The notes under the pieces were generated by a model. The model was given only the letters and a program-made list of their open reading frames with translations. It was not told the origin of the DNA and searched no databases. A program made the position numbers and the translations under genes. DNA of 64,000 nt from an uncultured Bacteriovoracaceae bacterium (lineage in GTDB: Bacteria; Bdellovibrionota; Bacteriovoracia; Bacteriovoracales; Bacteriovoracaceae), in NCBI GenBank assembly GCA_964012805.1, contig CAXGUD010000012.1, positions 42,311-106,310 on the forward strand, given 5' to 3'. Of the stretch, positions 10,535-20,391 are shown one piece after another (the stretch's first letter is position 1; each line of letters starts with the position of its first letter).

Positions 10535-12532
10535 TTATACTTTTTGTTTGCCGTAGTTTTTAATTCTATCTTCAATACTCTCTAATTTTGGTAAAATTAT
10601 TGAGTACGGCTCAATTAGATTATTTTTAATTATAGATTTTGATAACATTCTTCTTTCCGGCATTTGTTTTACAAGGTTTGATAATGTTTCAAAATCCTGG
10701 GCCAACTCAAAATATCCAAGTCCTCTTAGAAGAAATTTGAGAAGGTTAGACCTTTGATGAATTAAATTAATTGTTCTTTCAAACTCAGGATAAAGGATTG
10801 CAACTTTTAGAACTTTCTCCATCTTCTCATCGTCTATTTTATTAATATCTCTAACTAGAAAAACATATTCAAATAAGTTTTTAAAAACCTTTTCTAAATC
10901 ATTTATCTTTTCAATCGCGATTTTAGAAAATGAAGAACCGAGATCTATTTTTGTTGGTGTGATTAAGTTTGCAGTCATACTATAATTAATTAAATATTCA
11001 AAGAAAGAGCATAATATGTTTGTCACTTCAAATTGGGTGTTGAGCTCTTTACTATTTTCAATTTGTTGCACTTCTTTAAGATGATATTCAATTTTAGATT
11101 TGAATAAGATAGAACAATCTAAAATCGATTGGATTTTTTCTAAATACGATTTGAAGTTATTTATAAAATGAGACGAATCGTATGTATCAGACATGGGAGA
11201 AATAAAGTCATCGAGAATTTCAAAAGATTTTTTTAGAGATAATTCCAACGTTTGAGATAAATGAACCTTTTGGGGAATTGATATAATCTCTTTTAAATTA
11301 TGGAATTTTTCTTGATCTTGATTTGAGACTTTTAAAAGATTCTCACTATCTGTTATATCCTCAGCCGTACACATAAGCTTTTCAATGGTATCATTTCCAT
11401 CTGAAATCGCCTTATAGGATAATTTAAGGATTTTACCCCTTTTTTCAAACTGATCAGGTATTGTAACTTTTTTGGGTAATTTTGATTTTAATTCTTCAAA
11501 TTCATTTATATTAGTTTCAAAGATCTTTTTAAAGGTCAATGAAAGTTCTATGTATTGTCTAGTTCCTTTTTTGAAATTAAAAAAAAGAACCTGACTGATA
11601 TGAAGCCCAACTATATTTCTATTAAAAAGAAATTCAGAAAAATCAGATACAGGAGGAAGTATTAAAAAATCACTTCCTATTACAAAAATTGAGACTTGTA
11701 TGTTATTTAAAAGTGTCCCAATTTTATTTTTTTCTTCGTTTATTTCTTTCGTAGCATCTCTTATCTTATATTCAAGATTTTTTGAATAATCTATAAGCTT
11801 TTCATGATTAATTTGAAGGTTTTTTTTCATTTTATTGATTGAATTAACAAGTTGATCTAGTTCATCTGGGTGTTTAAGTACTTTTCTATTTAATTTTAGA
11901 TCTCCTAAGGCCTTTAATTTATTTAGATCAAGACTTATGGCGTATTCAACCATTCTATTTATATGACTAGTGATCAGATATCTAAAAATAAAAAAAACTA
12001 AGACTGTTGTTACAATTGTTTGAAATAGAATTAAAAAAGATTGGTCTATAACTTGTTTTCTCGTTTTTTTTAGAATATATCTATTTGTGAAAAATACTTT
12101 TAATTTTCCAAGATAGGCTTTTTTTGTTTCTCCTTCAATCTGATGAAATATTGGTAGAGTCTTCATAATGAAGCTTCTAGGGTCTTCATTCTTAAAGTTT
12201 TTATCTTCTAAAAAAAATAACTCACTGTGTTTGGAATCTAAATTATTCTCATTACTTACTTCTAAAAAAGATACTTTGATAATATTTTCGTCAGCCAAAA
12301 TCCCTCTGAGAGACAAGCTAATTCCTTCTTCATTCTCTTCAAAAAGAGCACCAGCAAGAGGGGGAATAATTGATTCTTTAAAATCCCTTAATTTTGTATT
12401 AATTTTTTTTGTATTTTCTTTTGAGAGTTCTAGATAATTTTGAAGCATGAAAGCGAGGCTAACTAGGATATTTCCTAAAAGAACATAGAAGATCAGTTTA
12501 GACGCTATAGATGATTTCTTTTTTAAATTCAT
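10535..12532 (-). CDS. Membrane sensor-like protein (2 TM, HAMP, PAS-like linker) without a recognisable kinase domain
   Basis: Two TM helices; HAMP-like segment (DELDQLVNSINKM); block LLNNIQVSIF..ILPPVSDFS similar to the 898 ORF; no Hpt His motif or HATPase boxes seen. Confidence 0.65.
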   Translation of the reverse strand: MNLKKKSSIASKLIFYVLLGNILVSLAFMLQNYLELSKENTKKINTKLRDFKESIIPPLAGALFEENEEGISLSLRGILADENIIKVSFLEVSNENNLDSKHSELFFLEDKNFKNEDPRSFIMKTLPIFHQIEGETKKAYLGKLKVFFTNRYILKKTRKQVIDQSFLILFQTIVTTVLVFFIFRYLITSHINRMVEYAISLDLNKLKALGDLKLNRKVLKHPDELDQLVNSINKMKKNLQINHEKLIDYSKNLEYKIRDATKEINEEKNKIGTLLNNIQVSIFVIGSDFLILPPVSDFSEFLFNRNIVGLHISQVLFFNFKKGTRQYIELSLTFKKIFETNINEFEELKSKLPKKVTIPDQFEKRGKILKLSYKAISDGNDTIEKLMCTAEDITDSENLLKVSNQDQEKFHNLKEIISIPQKVHLSQTLELSLKKSFEILDDFISPMSDTYDSSHFINNFKSYLEKIQSILDCSILFKSKIEYHLKEVQQIENSKELNTQFEVTNILCSFFEYLINYSMTANLITPTKIDLGSSFSKIAIEKINDLEKVFKNLFEYVFLVRDINKIDDEKMEKVLKVAILYPEFERTINLIHQRSNLLKFLLRGLGYFELAQDFETLSNLVKQMPERRMLSKSIIKNNLIEPYSIILPKLESIEDRIKNYGKQKV

Positions 12533-12792
12533 TATTTCTTTTTTTAATAAATATCTAAAAATATATGAACCTGTATCGGGTGGTAAAGCTATTAAAATTA
12601 ATGATTTAACTCAAATTTAAAAAGTAATTTAAGTTAAAAAAACCGACTTTTTAAGTTTTGAAAGATAGTTGACTAGTTTTCTTGGAGTAAGGATAAATAT
12701 TACAAAATACTTGTACTCCAATGCAGTTATTAATTACTATCCAGAGGTATAAATGTTATAAATGCCTCAAAGTACTATTAAAAAGGAAAGGT

Positions 12793-13383
12793 ATGTTTTT
12801 AAAAATTTTTACTTTAGGCCTTTGTCTGATTTTGAATTTTTCTTCTTTTGCAAGAACAGGAGACCTTTTTGAAAAAGATTATTTTATTCTAAAAAAAATT
12901 CCAGCAGACTATAGATCATTTGGAGCCATCTGTGAACAGGTTGCAAGATTAAGGCTTAAAGAGAGGTTTGATCCAAATAAATTTCAATTTATTATTGGCC
13001 TTGAATATAGAAACTCACGAAGGGTATTGGGTGAAATTGACCTTATTGTTGTTTCCAAAAAAAATCAAAAAGTCATAGTTGTTGGTGAAGTTAAATGTTG
13101 GAAAAATTTAAAGGCTGCTTCAAAGAAAGCAAAAAAACAATTAAATAGGTTCTTTACTGCAATAAAGAGTTTGGAAAAAATACTTTTTTTTCCTAAAGAA
13201 ACAGTGAGTTTCAAGTTTAAAAAAGAGGACTTCTTTAATGCAAAAAGAATGCTTTTCTCCCAAAAGGTAGAAGGTGATAATCCTTTTAAAAACAATATTG
13301 GTTTAACTCTTAATCAAGTTAAAAAATTAAGACAAAAACTTCAGATCTGTCAAAAGAATAGAGAGTGCCCTTCTCTAAAATGA
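12793..13383 (+). CDS. Secreted hypothetical protein with PD-(D/E)XK nuclease-like motif
   Basis: Signal peptide MFLKIFTLGLCLILNFSSFA; GAICEQ...GEIDLIVV...VGEVKC pattern. Confidence 0.55.
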   Translation: MFLKIFTLGLCLILNFSSFARTGDLFEKDYFILKKIPADYRSFGAICEQVARLRLKERFDPNKFQFIIGLEYRNSRRVLGEIDLIVVSKKNQKVIVVGEVKCWKNLKAASKKAKKQLNRFFTAIKSLEKILFFPKETVSFKFKKEDFFNAKRMLFSQKVEGDNPFKNNIGLTLNQVKKLRQKLQICQKNRECPSLK

Positions 13384-13474
13384 TTAATTTTCTAGGGATA
13401 TTAATTGTACTCTTTTTATTTTGGAACCTATATAAAAAACAAAATTTTAATATATTTATTTGGGAGATTAAACT

Positions 13475-13933
13475 ATGAGTGAAACCCGCTTATGGATTGA
13501 TGCTGATGCCTGTCCGAAAGCTGTTAAAGAAATTATCTATAAATCTTCTAGCCGACTACAGTTTGAAGTCATACTCGTTGCTAATGCTTACCAATCTGTT
13601 CCCCAAAGTCCCCTTATTAAGCTAGTAAAGGTTGACTTGGGCGCTGATGTGGCGGACCACTATATTATAGAGCATTGTGGAGCATCTGATATTGTTATAA
13701 CAGCTGATATACCTTTGGCCTCCCATATTGTTAAAAAGGGAGCAATAGCATTAAATCCAAGGGGGGAAGTTTATGATGAAGAAAATATTGGTGAAAGATT
13801 GGCAGTTAGGGATTTGATGAAAGATCTGAGAAATAATGGGGAAGTAACAGGCGGTCCACCGCCATTTGGGCCAAAAGATAAAGCCAACTTTGCAAACTCT
13901 TTCAACAAGCTTATCACGAGGAAGATGAAGTAA
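13475..13933 (+). CDS. yaiI: YaiI/YqxD (UPF0178) family protein
   Basis: WIDADACP, ADVADHYI, DIVITADIPLA, GGPPPF. Confidence 0.9.
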   Translation: MSETRLWIDADACPKAVKEIIYKSSSRLQFEVILVANAYQSVPQSPLIKLVKVDLGADVADHYIIEHCGASDIVITADIPLASHIVKKGAIALNPRGEVYDEENIGERLAVRDLMKDLRNNGEVTGGPPPFGPKDKANFANSFNKLITRKMK

Positions 13934-14030
13934 AAATTTCTTATAAGTATCAATAAAAACTATTGATTTAAGACAAAGAAATTGGCCCATGGTAGAGGTA
14001 TATTTTTGAAACTTCAGAGAGGTAAGACCT

Positions 14031-15401
14031 ATGAATAAAGGAAAACCTTTTAGCCAAATGGCATTAAAAAAAGAACTTGTGAATTCTCTTGAAGAAATGA
14101 AATTTGAATCCATGACACCGATTCAGGAAAAAGCGCTTCCTTTTATTCTGGAAAATCGAGATGTGATTGCCCAAGCAAAAACAGGATCAGGCAAAACTTA
14201 TGCCTTTGGTTTAGGAATTCTTTCATTCATAGATGTATCTATCTTCAAACCTCAGGCCCTTATTTTGTGTCCAACAAGAGAGCTTGCTGATCAAGTTGCT
14301 GAAGATCTTAGAAAGCTAGGCAAAAAAATAGATAATCTAAAAATCGCGACTCTTACAGGTGGAGGCTTTGAAGAAAGGCAGAAAAAGTCCCTTGAACATG
14401 GTGTGCATATTGTTGTTGGAACACCAGGAAGGACCCTTAAATTTTTAAAAAAGGGAATCTTGAAAAACATAACATTTAAGCACTTTGTTTTAGATGAAGC
14501 TGATAGAATGCTAGATATGGGATTTAGAGAGAGTATCGAAGCAATAGTTTCTTACCTTCCACTTAAGCGTCAAAGCTTACTATTTTCAGCAACATATCCA
14601 GAAAAAATCCAAGATCTTTCAGAAGATATTTTGAGAGAACCTCGATTTTTAAAAGTAGATACGATTCATAATTTTGATGTCATTGATGAGTGCTTTGTTC
14701 ATTTAAATGATCATAAAGAAAAGGCACCGTTATTATTTTCTTTTTTAGAGACCTTAGGTTCCAAAACATGTTTAATCTTTTGTAAGACAAAGCTTATTTG
14801 CAAAAATCTTTCTGATTCAATTAACAGGAAAGGCTTTGAAGCACTTGCCATTCATGGTGATTTAAACCAAAAAGAAAGGAGCCTTGTTTTAACAAAGTTT
14901 ACCAATGGGAGTTCAAGAATTTTGGTGGCAACTGATGTTGCAGCAAGGGGACTCGATATCGATAAATTGGATGTCGTTATCAATTTTGATATTCCACGAG
15001 ATAAAGATAGTTATACTCATCGTATAGGTAGGACAGGTAGGGCAAATTTAAAGGGAAAAGCCGTTACTTTTTTTACTGACAAAGAAAAAAATTCTCTTGA
15101 TCAATGGGAAAATATATCTTTAACTTCCCCTTTAGAACTAACAACGCATAAAAAAGGCATTATTCCCCCGGAAATGAAAACTATTTGTATTGCTGCTGGG
15201 AAAAAGCAGAAATTAAGGAAAACTGATATCTTAGGTGCTTTAGTGAAAGACGTTGGTATAGAAAGTAACGACGTTGGTAGAATAGACCTTTTAGATCATT
15301 CTTCCTATGTTGGAATTAGTGCAAGCTCCGTTGGTTTCGTTTTAACAGCTTTAAAAAGTAAAATGATCAAAGGGAAAAGAAGACGGGTTTCCCAAGTTTG
15401 A
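14031..15401 (+). CDS. dbpA: ATP-dependent DEAD-box RNA helicase DbpA
   Basis: TPIQ, AKTGSGKT, PTRELA, DEAD, SAT, ARGLD, HRIGRTGR, and a DbpA-type C-terminal RNA-binding domain (GKKQKLRKTDILGAL). Confidence 0.9.
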   Translation: MNKGKPFSQMALKKELVNSLEEMKFESMTPIQEKALPFILENRDVIAQAKTGSGKTYAFGLGILSFIDVSIFKPQALILCPTRELADQVAEDLRKLGKKIDNLKIATLTGGGFEERQKKSLEHGVHIVVGTPGRTLKFLKKGILKNITFKHFVLDEADRMLDMGFRESIEAIVSYLPLKRQSLLFSATYPEKIQDLSEDILREPRFLKVDTIHNFDVIDECFVHLNDHKEKAPLLFSFLETLGSKTCLIFCKTKLICKNLSDSINRKGFEALAIHGDLNQKERSLVLTKFTNGSSRILVATDVAARGLDIDKLDVVINFDIPRDKDSYTHRIGRTGRANLKGKAVTFFTDKEKNSLDQWENISLTSPLELTTHKKGIIPPEMKTICIAAGKKQKLRKTDILGALVKDVGIESNDVGRIDLLDHSSYVGISASSVGFVLTALKSKMIKGKRRRVSQV

Positions 15402-15457
15402 TTCCTCTATATTATTTGACAGTCTTAAGTAAAAGTTTTTCTTTCAAGGTTATCTTT

Positions 15458-16357
15458 ATGAGAGTCATTTTCACTATTTTAATCTGTTTTTCTTTGGGTA
15501 ATCTTAATTATTATCTCTTTTTCCAAGATGATTCATCAATTAAAGGGACTATAAAAGACCTGACATCTAGAAATTCTGAAAAAATTGATAAATCAATCGA
15601 TAGGATAAAGGATAATACATCTAAGCTTGATCAAAAAGCGTCTCTTCAAAGTGGATCTCAAAAAAAAGCGAAGGATAAGGCTTTAGTTACCCAAAGTAAA
15701 AGTGAAAAAAAACAAGCTAGTGTACTTGACGAAAAAACGAATAGGAAAAAGTTCTTAGAAGAACAATTTGTAAAAGAATCTATTACTAGCGAAGATAATA
15801 ATCCTTTTTTTGGCGAAAGAAATTTATTAGAAGATTTGGATAATGGCCTTGATGAAAACAAAAAACTAAAGGTTAAAAAAAGAAGAATAAAAATTAAAAA
15901 ACGTTTGGAGCATCTTTTTTCAGAAAAAACATATCCTTGGGTGAAAAGAATAAGCTCTTTAAAAGGGATAGAGTCTCCCAGAAACTCTCTTGAATTTTAT
16001 CCATGGGGTTTTTGGCGAGGACAATACCTAAGCTCAGATGGATTCATGAGGTCAATAACCCTAAAGATAAATAGAAAAAGTCATGAATTAAAAGACCTTG
16101 CAAAACTCAATATGAAGGTAGGGAAGGGAAAAAAACTTCATTTGGCAATTTTAAAGAATTTTCCATTAAAAACATCTGAAAATGAGGGTTTTTTAAATAA
16201 ATTTCATTACTTTTCTTTTTCAATTGATAAAGAAATCCGTTTAATTCTTTTTAAGAGAAAAAAGCAAAAGAATTTTATGGGCTTGATAAAGCTGAGAAGA
16301 AAAAAGGAATGGGTCACCTTTGCAACTTTCAGGCTAAAAAAAATTATTAGGAAGTAA
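15458..16357 (+). CDS. Hypothetical membrane-anchored Lys-rich protein
   Basis: Long ORF with N-terminal hydrophobic segment; start uncertain (TTG 15398 or ATG 15458). Confidence 0.55.
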   Translation: MRVIFTILICFSLGNLNYYLFFQDDSSIKGTIKDLTSRNSEKIDKSIDRIKDNTSKLDQKASLQSGSQKKAKDKALVTQSKSEKKQASVLDEKTNRKKFLEEQFVKESITSEDNNPFFGERNLLEDLDNGLDENKKLKVKKRRIKIKKRLEHLFSEKTYPWVKRISSLKGIESPRNSLEFYPWGFWRGQYLSSDGFMRSITLKINRKSHELKDLAKLNMKVGKGKKLHLAILKNFPLKTSENEGFLNKFHYFSFSIDKEIRLILFKRKKQKNFMGLIKLRRKKEWVTFATFRLKKIIRK

Positions 16358-16738
16358 AACTTTATAATTTCTATTACTTTACTATTGTTCAAAACCTCTT
16401 TTATTTTCTATTATTAAATATTACTGATTTTATTCATTTAAATAGAGGAATGAGCGTAAATACAGAGACTTTAAATTTGTTTAAATCAGTTAGTATTCTA
16501 TTGTTTGTTATTATTTAAAAAGAGTCTAATTTAAAATTATAAATATTTACTTTCACTTCATTTCTTAGTGTTTCTAGGAAATTGTCATTAAAAAAAATCT
16601 ATACTTCTTCAAAATTTATTTAATTATTTTGAAAACAATAAAATTATTGGTTTATTTTTTTTTTATTTTTTATAACTAAAAATTGAAAATGCTTTAGAAT
16701 GTATAGAAAAATAGAGACTCTCTTTATGGAGGTTAAAG

Positions 16739-18865
16739 ATGAATTTTAGATTTCTGTCGATTTTCCTTTCTATGATTTTAAGTACTAATCTCTTTTCTTT
16801 TCCTTCCTATATGAAAAGGGATGTCGATGCCTTTTTAAAGCTTAAAAAGCAAATTAAAAAGGAAGTTAAGAAATTTAACAAGGAAACAAAATTCACCATA
16901 AAGTCATCAATGTTTGGCGGCTCAAGTAAGAAATATAATTTTTATCAAAATGTGGTACCAAATTATTGCCAGTTTGGTATTGAACAACAGGTTCATGAAT
17001 CGAAAAACTCCATCTTTAGAACAAAAGATGGAAAAGGTATTGTAAACAGAAGCGGGCCTGTAGATATCGGTGATGACCTGGATATGTTCACCAAGGATTA
17101 TAATCCAAGAAAGAACTTGGGTTACTCAATAAGGTTTAATAATTATTTGGGCAAAACAAATCCTTTAACCCTTAATTATAAAAGTAAATCTGAAAGAGAT
17201 AAGGTCAAAGATGCACTGAATGTTGTTCAGAGGCTTTGTAGAGACAAGAAAAGAAGGCTTAGGAACCTAATTTCAGCTGGAGTTGATCCCGTGGAAGTAG
17301 GGGAACTTGGTAAGTTGAAAAAGGGTGAAAAGAGTCAAGGTTATAACAGGAACCCTTATGATCTCTCAAAATTTAGTGGGAAAGGCTTCAAAAATAATCC
17401 TGCTATGACTATTCCAACTTCAAGTAAGTTTGGTCCTTTCCCTTACAGAACAAGTGGACAGGATCTTGTGACAGTTGGAGCGCTTGGAGGAGAAAGATCA
17501 TTTATTAGAAGAATTGCCATTTCACAACAGGCCAAAAAATCAATTGATATTTTAAACTTACAATTTATGGCCGATGAAATCGGAATGGTCTTAGGAGAAA
17601 TTTTAATCAATAAAAGAAAGCAAGGAGTCAATGTAAGACTTTATATTGATGCTTTTTCGGTTTTTGTTGATGGAAGGGATGCGATCGCTCAAGGGAATTC
17701 TTATATTCTCTATAGAAATATGATGGCCCATGGAATTCCTGTTTATGGTTTCCAGTGTGATTCTAAGTGGAGACTCCTAAAGCAAGAATGGGACAATACC
17801 AAGAAAATTAAGGGGCGTTCCTGGATGCATAGGTTCCATGAGAAAATATGGATTGCTGATGGAGAAGTAGCAATTGTTGGAGGTGCCAATATTACCGCTT
17901 CTTACCACATGGTTTACCCCAATGGGCGTTTGAGATGGAGGGATATGGATGTCGAAATGACAGGAAGAAAAACAATTAAGGATTTGACCAATAGGATAGA
18001 TGAAAAGGTTAAGCTTTATAATAGAGACTTTCCTGATCCAACTAAAATGAAGTGTTTTAATAAATATCCAGTTGGTACAGTTAAGTGGAAAAACTTTGCT
18101 AAGAACGAAAGTAAAAAGTATATTCCTTTTGGGTCAGGTAAAATAAGTAAGGACCAAGACTTTGCCATGAAGTATGTCAAAAAATTAACGAAAGGAGATT
18201 TTAACCTTGAAGGTAAAAAGTGGAAATTGAGAAAGGTTAGGACAAAGGGCTCGAGAGTTGTTTTCTCGAGACCAAAGTTTGGAGAACTTTACCTTGAGCA
18301 GGTTTACATAGACCTGATCAATAAGTCTAAGTATGAAATCCTCTTAGAAAACTCTTATTTTATTCCCTCACAGCCACTTTTAGACGCCTTAATTAAGGCC
18401 TCTCAAAGAGGTGTAAAAATTAAAATTTTGACTAATGGTCCTGAAACAAACGAACCACCTATGGTCATGACTCCGCTAGCGAGGTTCTATTACAAGGACC
18501 TCATGGACGTAAATCAAGGGAATAAAAGGCATGAAGCAGAGATTTATGAGTGGAATGGTCGTTATAAAAACGGTAAAGATATCCATTTTGGAATGGTCCA
18601 CTCTAAGTTTGCTGTTTTCGATAGGCAAATTACACTTATTGGATCTTATAACTTTGATAATGTAAGTAGGGACTTTAATGAAGAGTTGGCAATTCTTTAT
18701 GATGGAACAGATTTGGCGCTTTTTATTGCTAAAAGGTTCTATGAATATGATTTGAATTACACGGAAAGGATTAAATACAAGGATGCATTAAAATATAAGA
18801 AGCCAAGGAATTTTGGTCAACAGATGATTTTAAAAATGCTTAGAAAGATGGAAAGTAGGATTTAG
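16739..18865 (+). CDS. Secreted phospholipase D superfamily protein (cardiolipin synthase-like, two HKD motifs)
   Basis: HEKIWIADG..AIVGGAN and HSKFAVFD...IGSYN; WRDMD; signal peptide; long uncharacterised N-terminal region. Confidence 0.9.
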   Translation: MNFRFLSIFLSMILSTNLFSFPSYMKRDVDAFLKLKKQIKKEVKKFNKETKFTIKSSMFGGSSKKYNFYQNVVPNYCQFGIEQQVHESKNSIFRTKDGKGIVNRSGPVDIGDDLDMFTKDYNPRKNLGYSIRFNNYLGKTNPLTLNYKSKSERDKVKDALNVVQRLCRDKKRRLRNLISAGVDPVEVGELGKLKKGEKSQGYNRNPYDLSKFSGKGFKNNPAMTIPTSSKFGPFPYRTSGQDLVTVGALGGERSFIRRIAISQQAKKSIDILNLQFMADEIGMVLGEILINKRKQGVNVRLYIDAFSVFVDGRDAIAQGNSYILYRNMMAHGIPVYGFQCDSKWRLLKQEWDNTKKIKGRSWMHRFHEKIWIADGEVAIVGGANITASYHMVYPNGRLRWRDMDVEMTGRKTIKDLTNRIDEKVKLYNRDFPDPTKMKCFNKYPVGTVKWKNFAKNESKKYIPFGSGKISKDQDFAMKYVKKLTKGDFNLEGKKWKLRKVRTKGSRVVFSRPKFGELYLEQVYIDLINKSKYEILLENSYFIPSQPLLDALIKASQRGVKIKILTNGPETNEPPMVMTPLARFYYKDLMDVNQGNKRHEAEIYEWNGRYKNGKDIHFGMVHSKFAVFDRQITLIGSYNFDNVSRDFNEELAILYDGTDLALFIAKRFYEYDLNYTERIKYKDALKYKKPRNFGQQMILKMLRKMESRI

Positions 18866-18891
18866 AAGAATCTTCCTTTAAAAATGGACTC

Positions 18892-18922
18892 AAGGGCCGC
18901 CTCTATGGTGGCCCTTTTTTTT
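18892..18922 (+). terminator. Rho-independent terminator
   Basis: aagggccgcc-tctat-ggtggccctt followed by a T tract. Confidence 0.85.
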
Positions 18923-18935
18923 GACTTTTGTCACT

Positions 18936-19514
18936 TTAAGGTAGCGGAAAACCTGACTTTCTTAGAAACTCACACAATTTAATAAGGGGGAGACCAATGA
19001 TTCCTGTTGAGTCATCCACATCAATACTTTCAAAAAGGGAGACTCCAAGAGACTCAAGCTTGTATGAGCCTGCACAGTCAAATGGCTTATCGTAATCGAC
19101 ATAGCGGATAATGGCTTCTTTATCCAATGCTCTCATTTTCATCTTCGCTATTGAAGTAAAGAGAAGCTCTTCATCTTCTTCAGCAATACACACAGCTGTA
19201 ATCAATGTGTGCTCTCTACCTTGCATTTCAAGAAGTTGTGTAATGGCTTTTTCTCGTTCACCAGGTTTGCCTAAAAGTTTTCCTTCAAGGTTGAGGACCT
19301 GATCGCTTCCAATAGAAATTTCATTTAAGTCTCTAAGTGCCCTTTTCGCCTTTAATTTCGCAAGCTCCTCTGCAACTTTTCTTGGTTCCTCAATACTTTC
19401 TTTTATGAATTCTTCATTCACACCAGGGTCACGGGTTTCAAAAGGGATATTGAGTCTTTCAAGGAGCTCTTTTCTATAAGAGCTTGTGCTTGCTAAAATA
19501 AGTTTCTTTTCCAT
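18936..19514 (-). CDS. maf: Maf family nucleoside triphosphate pyrophosphatase (YceF-like)
   Basis: LILASTSSYRKELL, KLKA, IGSDQ, GKPG, DCAGSYKLE, IIGLPL. Confidence 0.92.
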   Translation of the reverse strand: MEKKLILASTSSYRKELLERLNIPFETRDPGVNEEFIKESIEEPRKVAEELAKLKAKRALRDLNEISIGSDQVLNLEGKLLGKPGEREKAITQLLEMQGREHTLITAVCIAEEDEELLFTSIAKMKMRALDKEAIIRYVDYDKPFDCAGSYKLESLGVSLFESIDVDDSTGIIGLPLIKLCEFLRKSGFPLP

Positions 19515-19608
19515 TCCTACTTAAAACATTTTTTGATTTATATTTCAATGAAAAATTATTTTATGTGATAAAGTTTTAGAGAAAAGAATATCTGTGTTGT
19601 TTAACTAC

Positions 19609-20049
19609 TCAAAGAGGGCCTTTAATAAAAAATTGGTTCACTTCCCGGAAGGCTTCACTTATTGATTTTTCGAATTTTAATTTATGGGGAGTTGACTCTT
19701 TGGGCTTTTTACCAACATAAGCGTTAAGACATTTGTCTAGCCTTTTTAAATAAGCAAAGGTACTGGCCCCTTCTTCTACTGTTAGGTAGCATTTACTGGC
19801 CTCAAGAAAATCCTTAACTCCACCTTTTTTCTTTAGAACATTAAAAGCTACTTTTCTTGCAGGTTTGATAAGTGACTGTGGAGGTTGAATTTTTGTGAGC
19901 TTAAAATAGGAGTAAAGAACAGAAGTTGCATAGTTCTTGCACATCAGTGTTTCAAGTTCCTCAAGTTTTGTTTTCGCGTTAGAAAGAGTCGAATGAAGGG
20001 TAAAGGTCAAAAGAGTTACTTTAAATGATAGGACGAAAAATATCTTCAT
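19609..20049 (-). CDS. Hypothetical secreted protein
   Basis: ORF with signal-like MKIFFVLSFKVTLLTFTLHSTLSNA; start uncertain. Confidence 0.5.
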   Translation of the reverse strand: MKIFFVLSFKVTLLTFTLHSTLSNAKTKLEELETLMCKNYATSVLYSYFKLTKIQPPQSLIKPARKVAFNVLKKKGGVKDFLEASKCYLTVEEGASTFAYLKRLDKCLNAYVGKKPKESTPHKLKFEKSISEAFREVNQFFIKGPL

Positions 20050-20183
20050 TGAAATTACCCTAAGATTTAATTTTATGGAAATAAAAGAGATTTTCGCAAA
20101 GCTAAAATAAACTTTTAGCCTTTTTTGCATTCCTCGTTAAGCTTGCGATTTAAAATTTTTTCTTAATTTTCTCAGCTATTCAC

Positions 20184-20210
20184 TTATCGGTTAAAGAAAC
20201 AGAGAGCTTA
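20184..20210 (-). promoter_or_regulatory. Sigma28 (FliA)-like promoter
   Basis: Minus strand reads TAAG-N15-ACCGATAA (consensus TAAA-N15-GCCGATAA), upstream of the 19609 ORF. Confidence 0.6.
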
Positions 20211-20391
20211 TCTTTAAATTCACTTTTTCAAATAACGAAAACTAAGTGGATTCTTAGCGCCTTTTTGAGACAAAGTTTAGTCGGGTTGTGAATAGGCTAC
20301 CATGTGTAGTCCTTTTCTTGTATCATTCGAGAAATGAAGTTGACTGGTTGGGTCAGGCAAGTGACCAAATAAAATAATCATAAGGTCCTAA

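Noticed and set aside
20280..20391. Small hairpins upstream of uvrA as a possible SOS box or riboswitch
   Set aside because: No match to a LexA box or riboswitch consensus that I can support.
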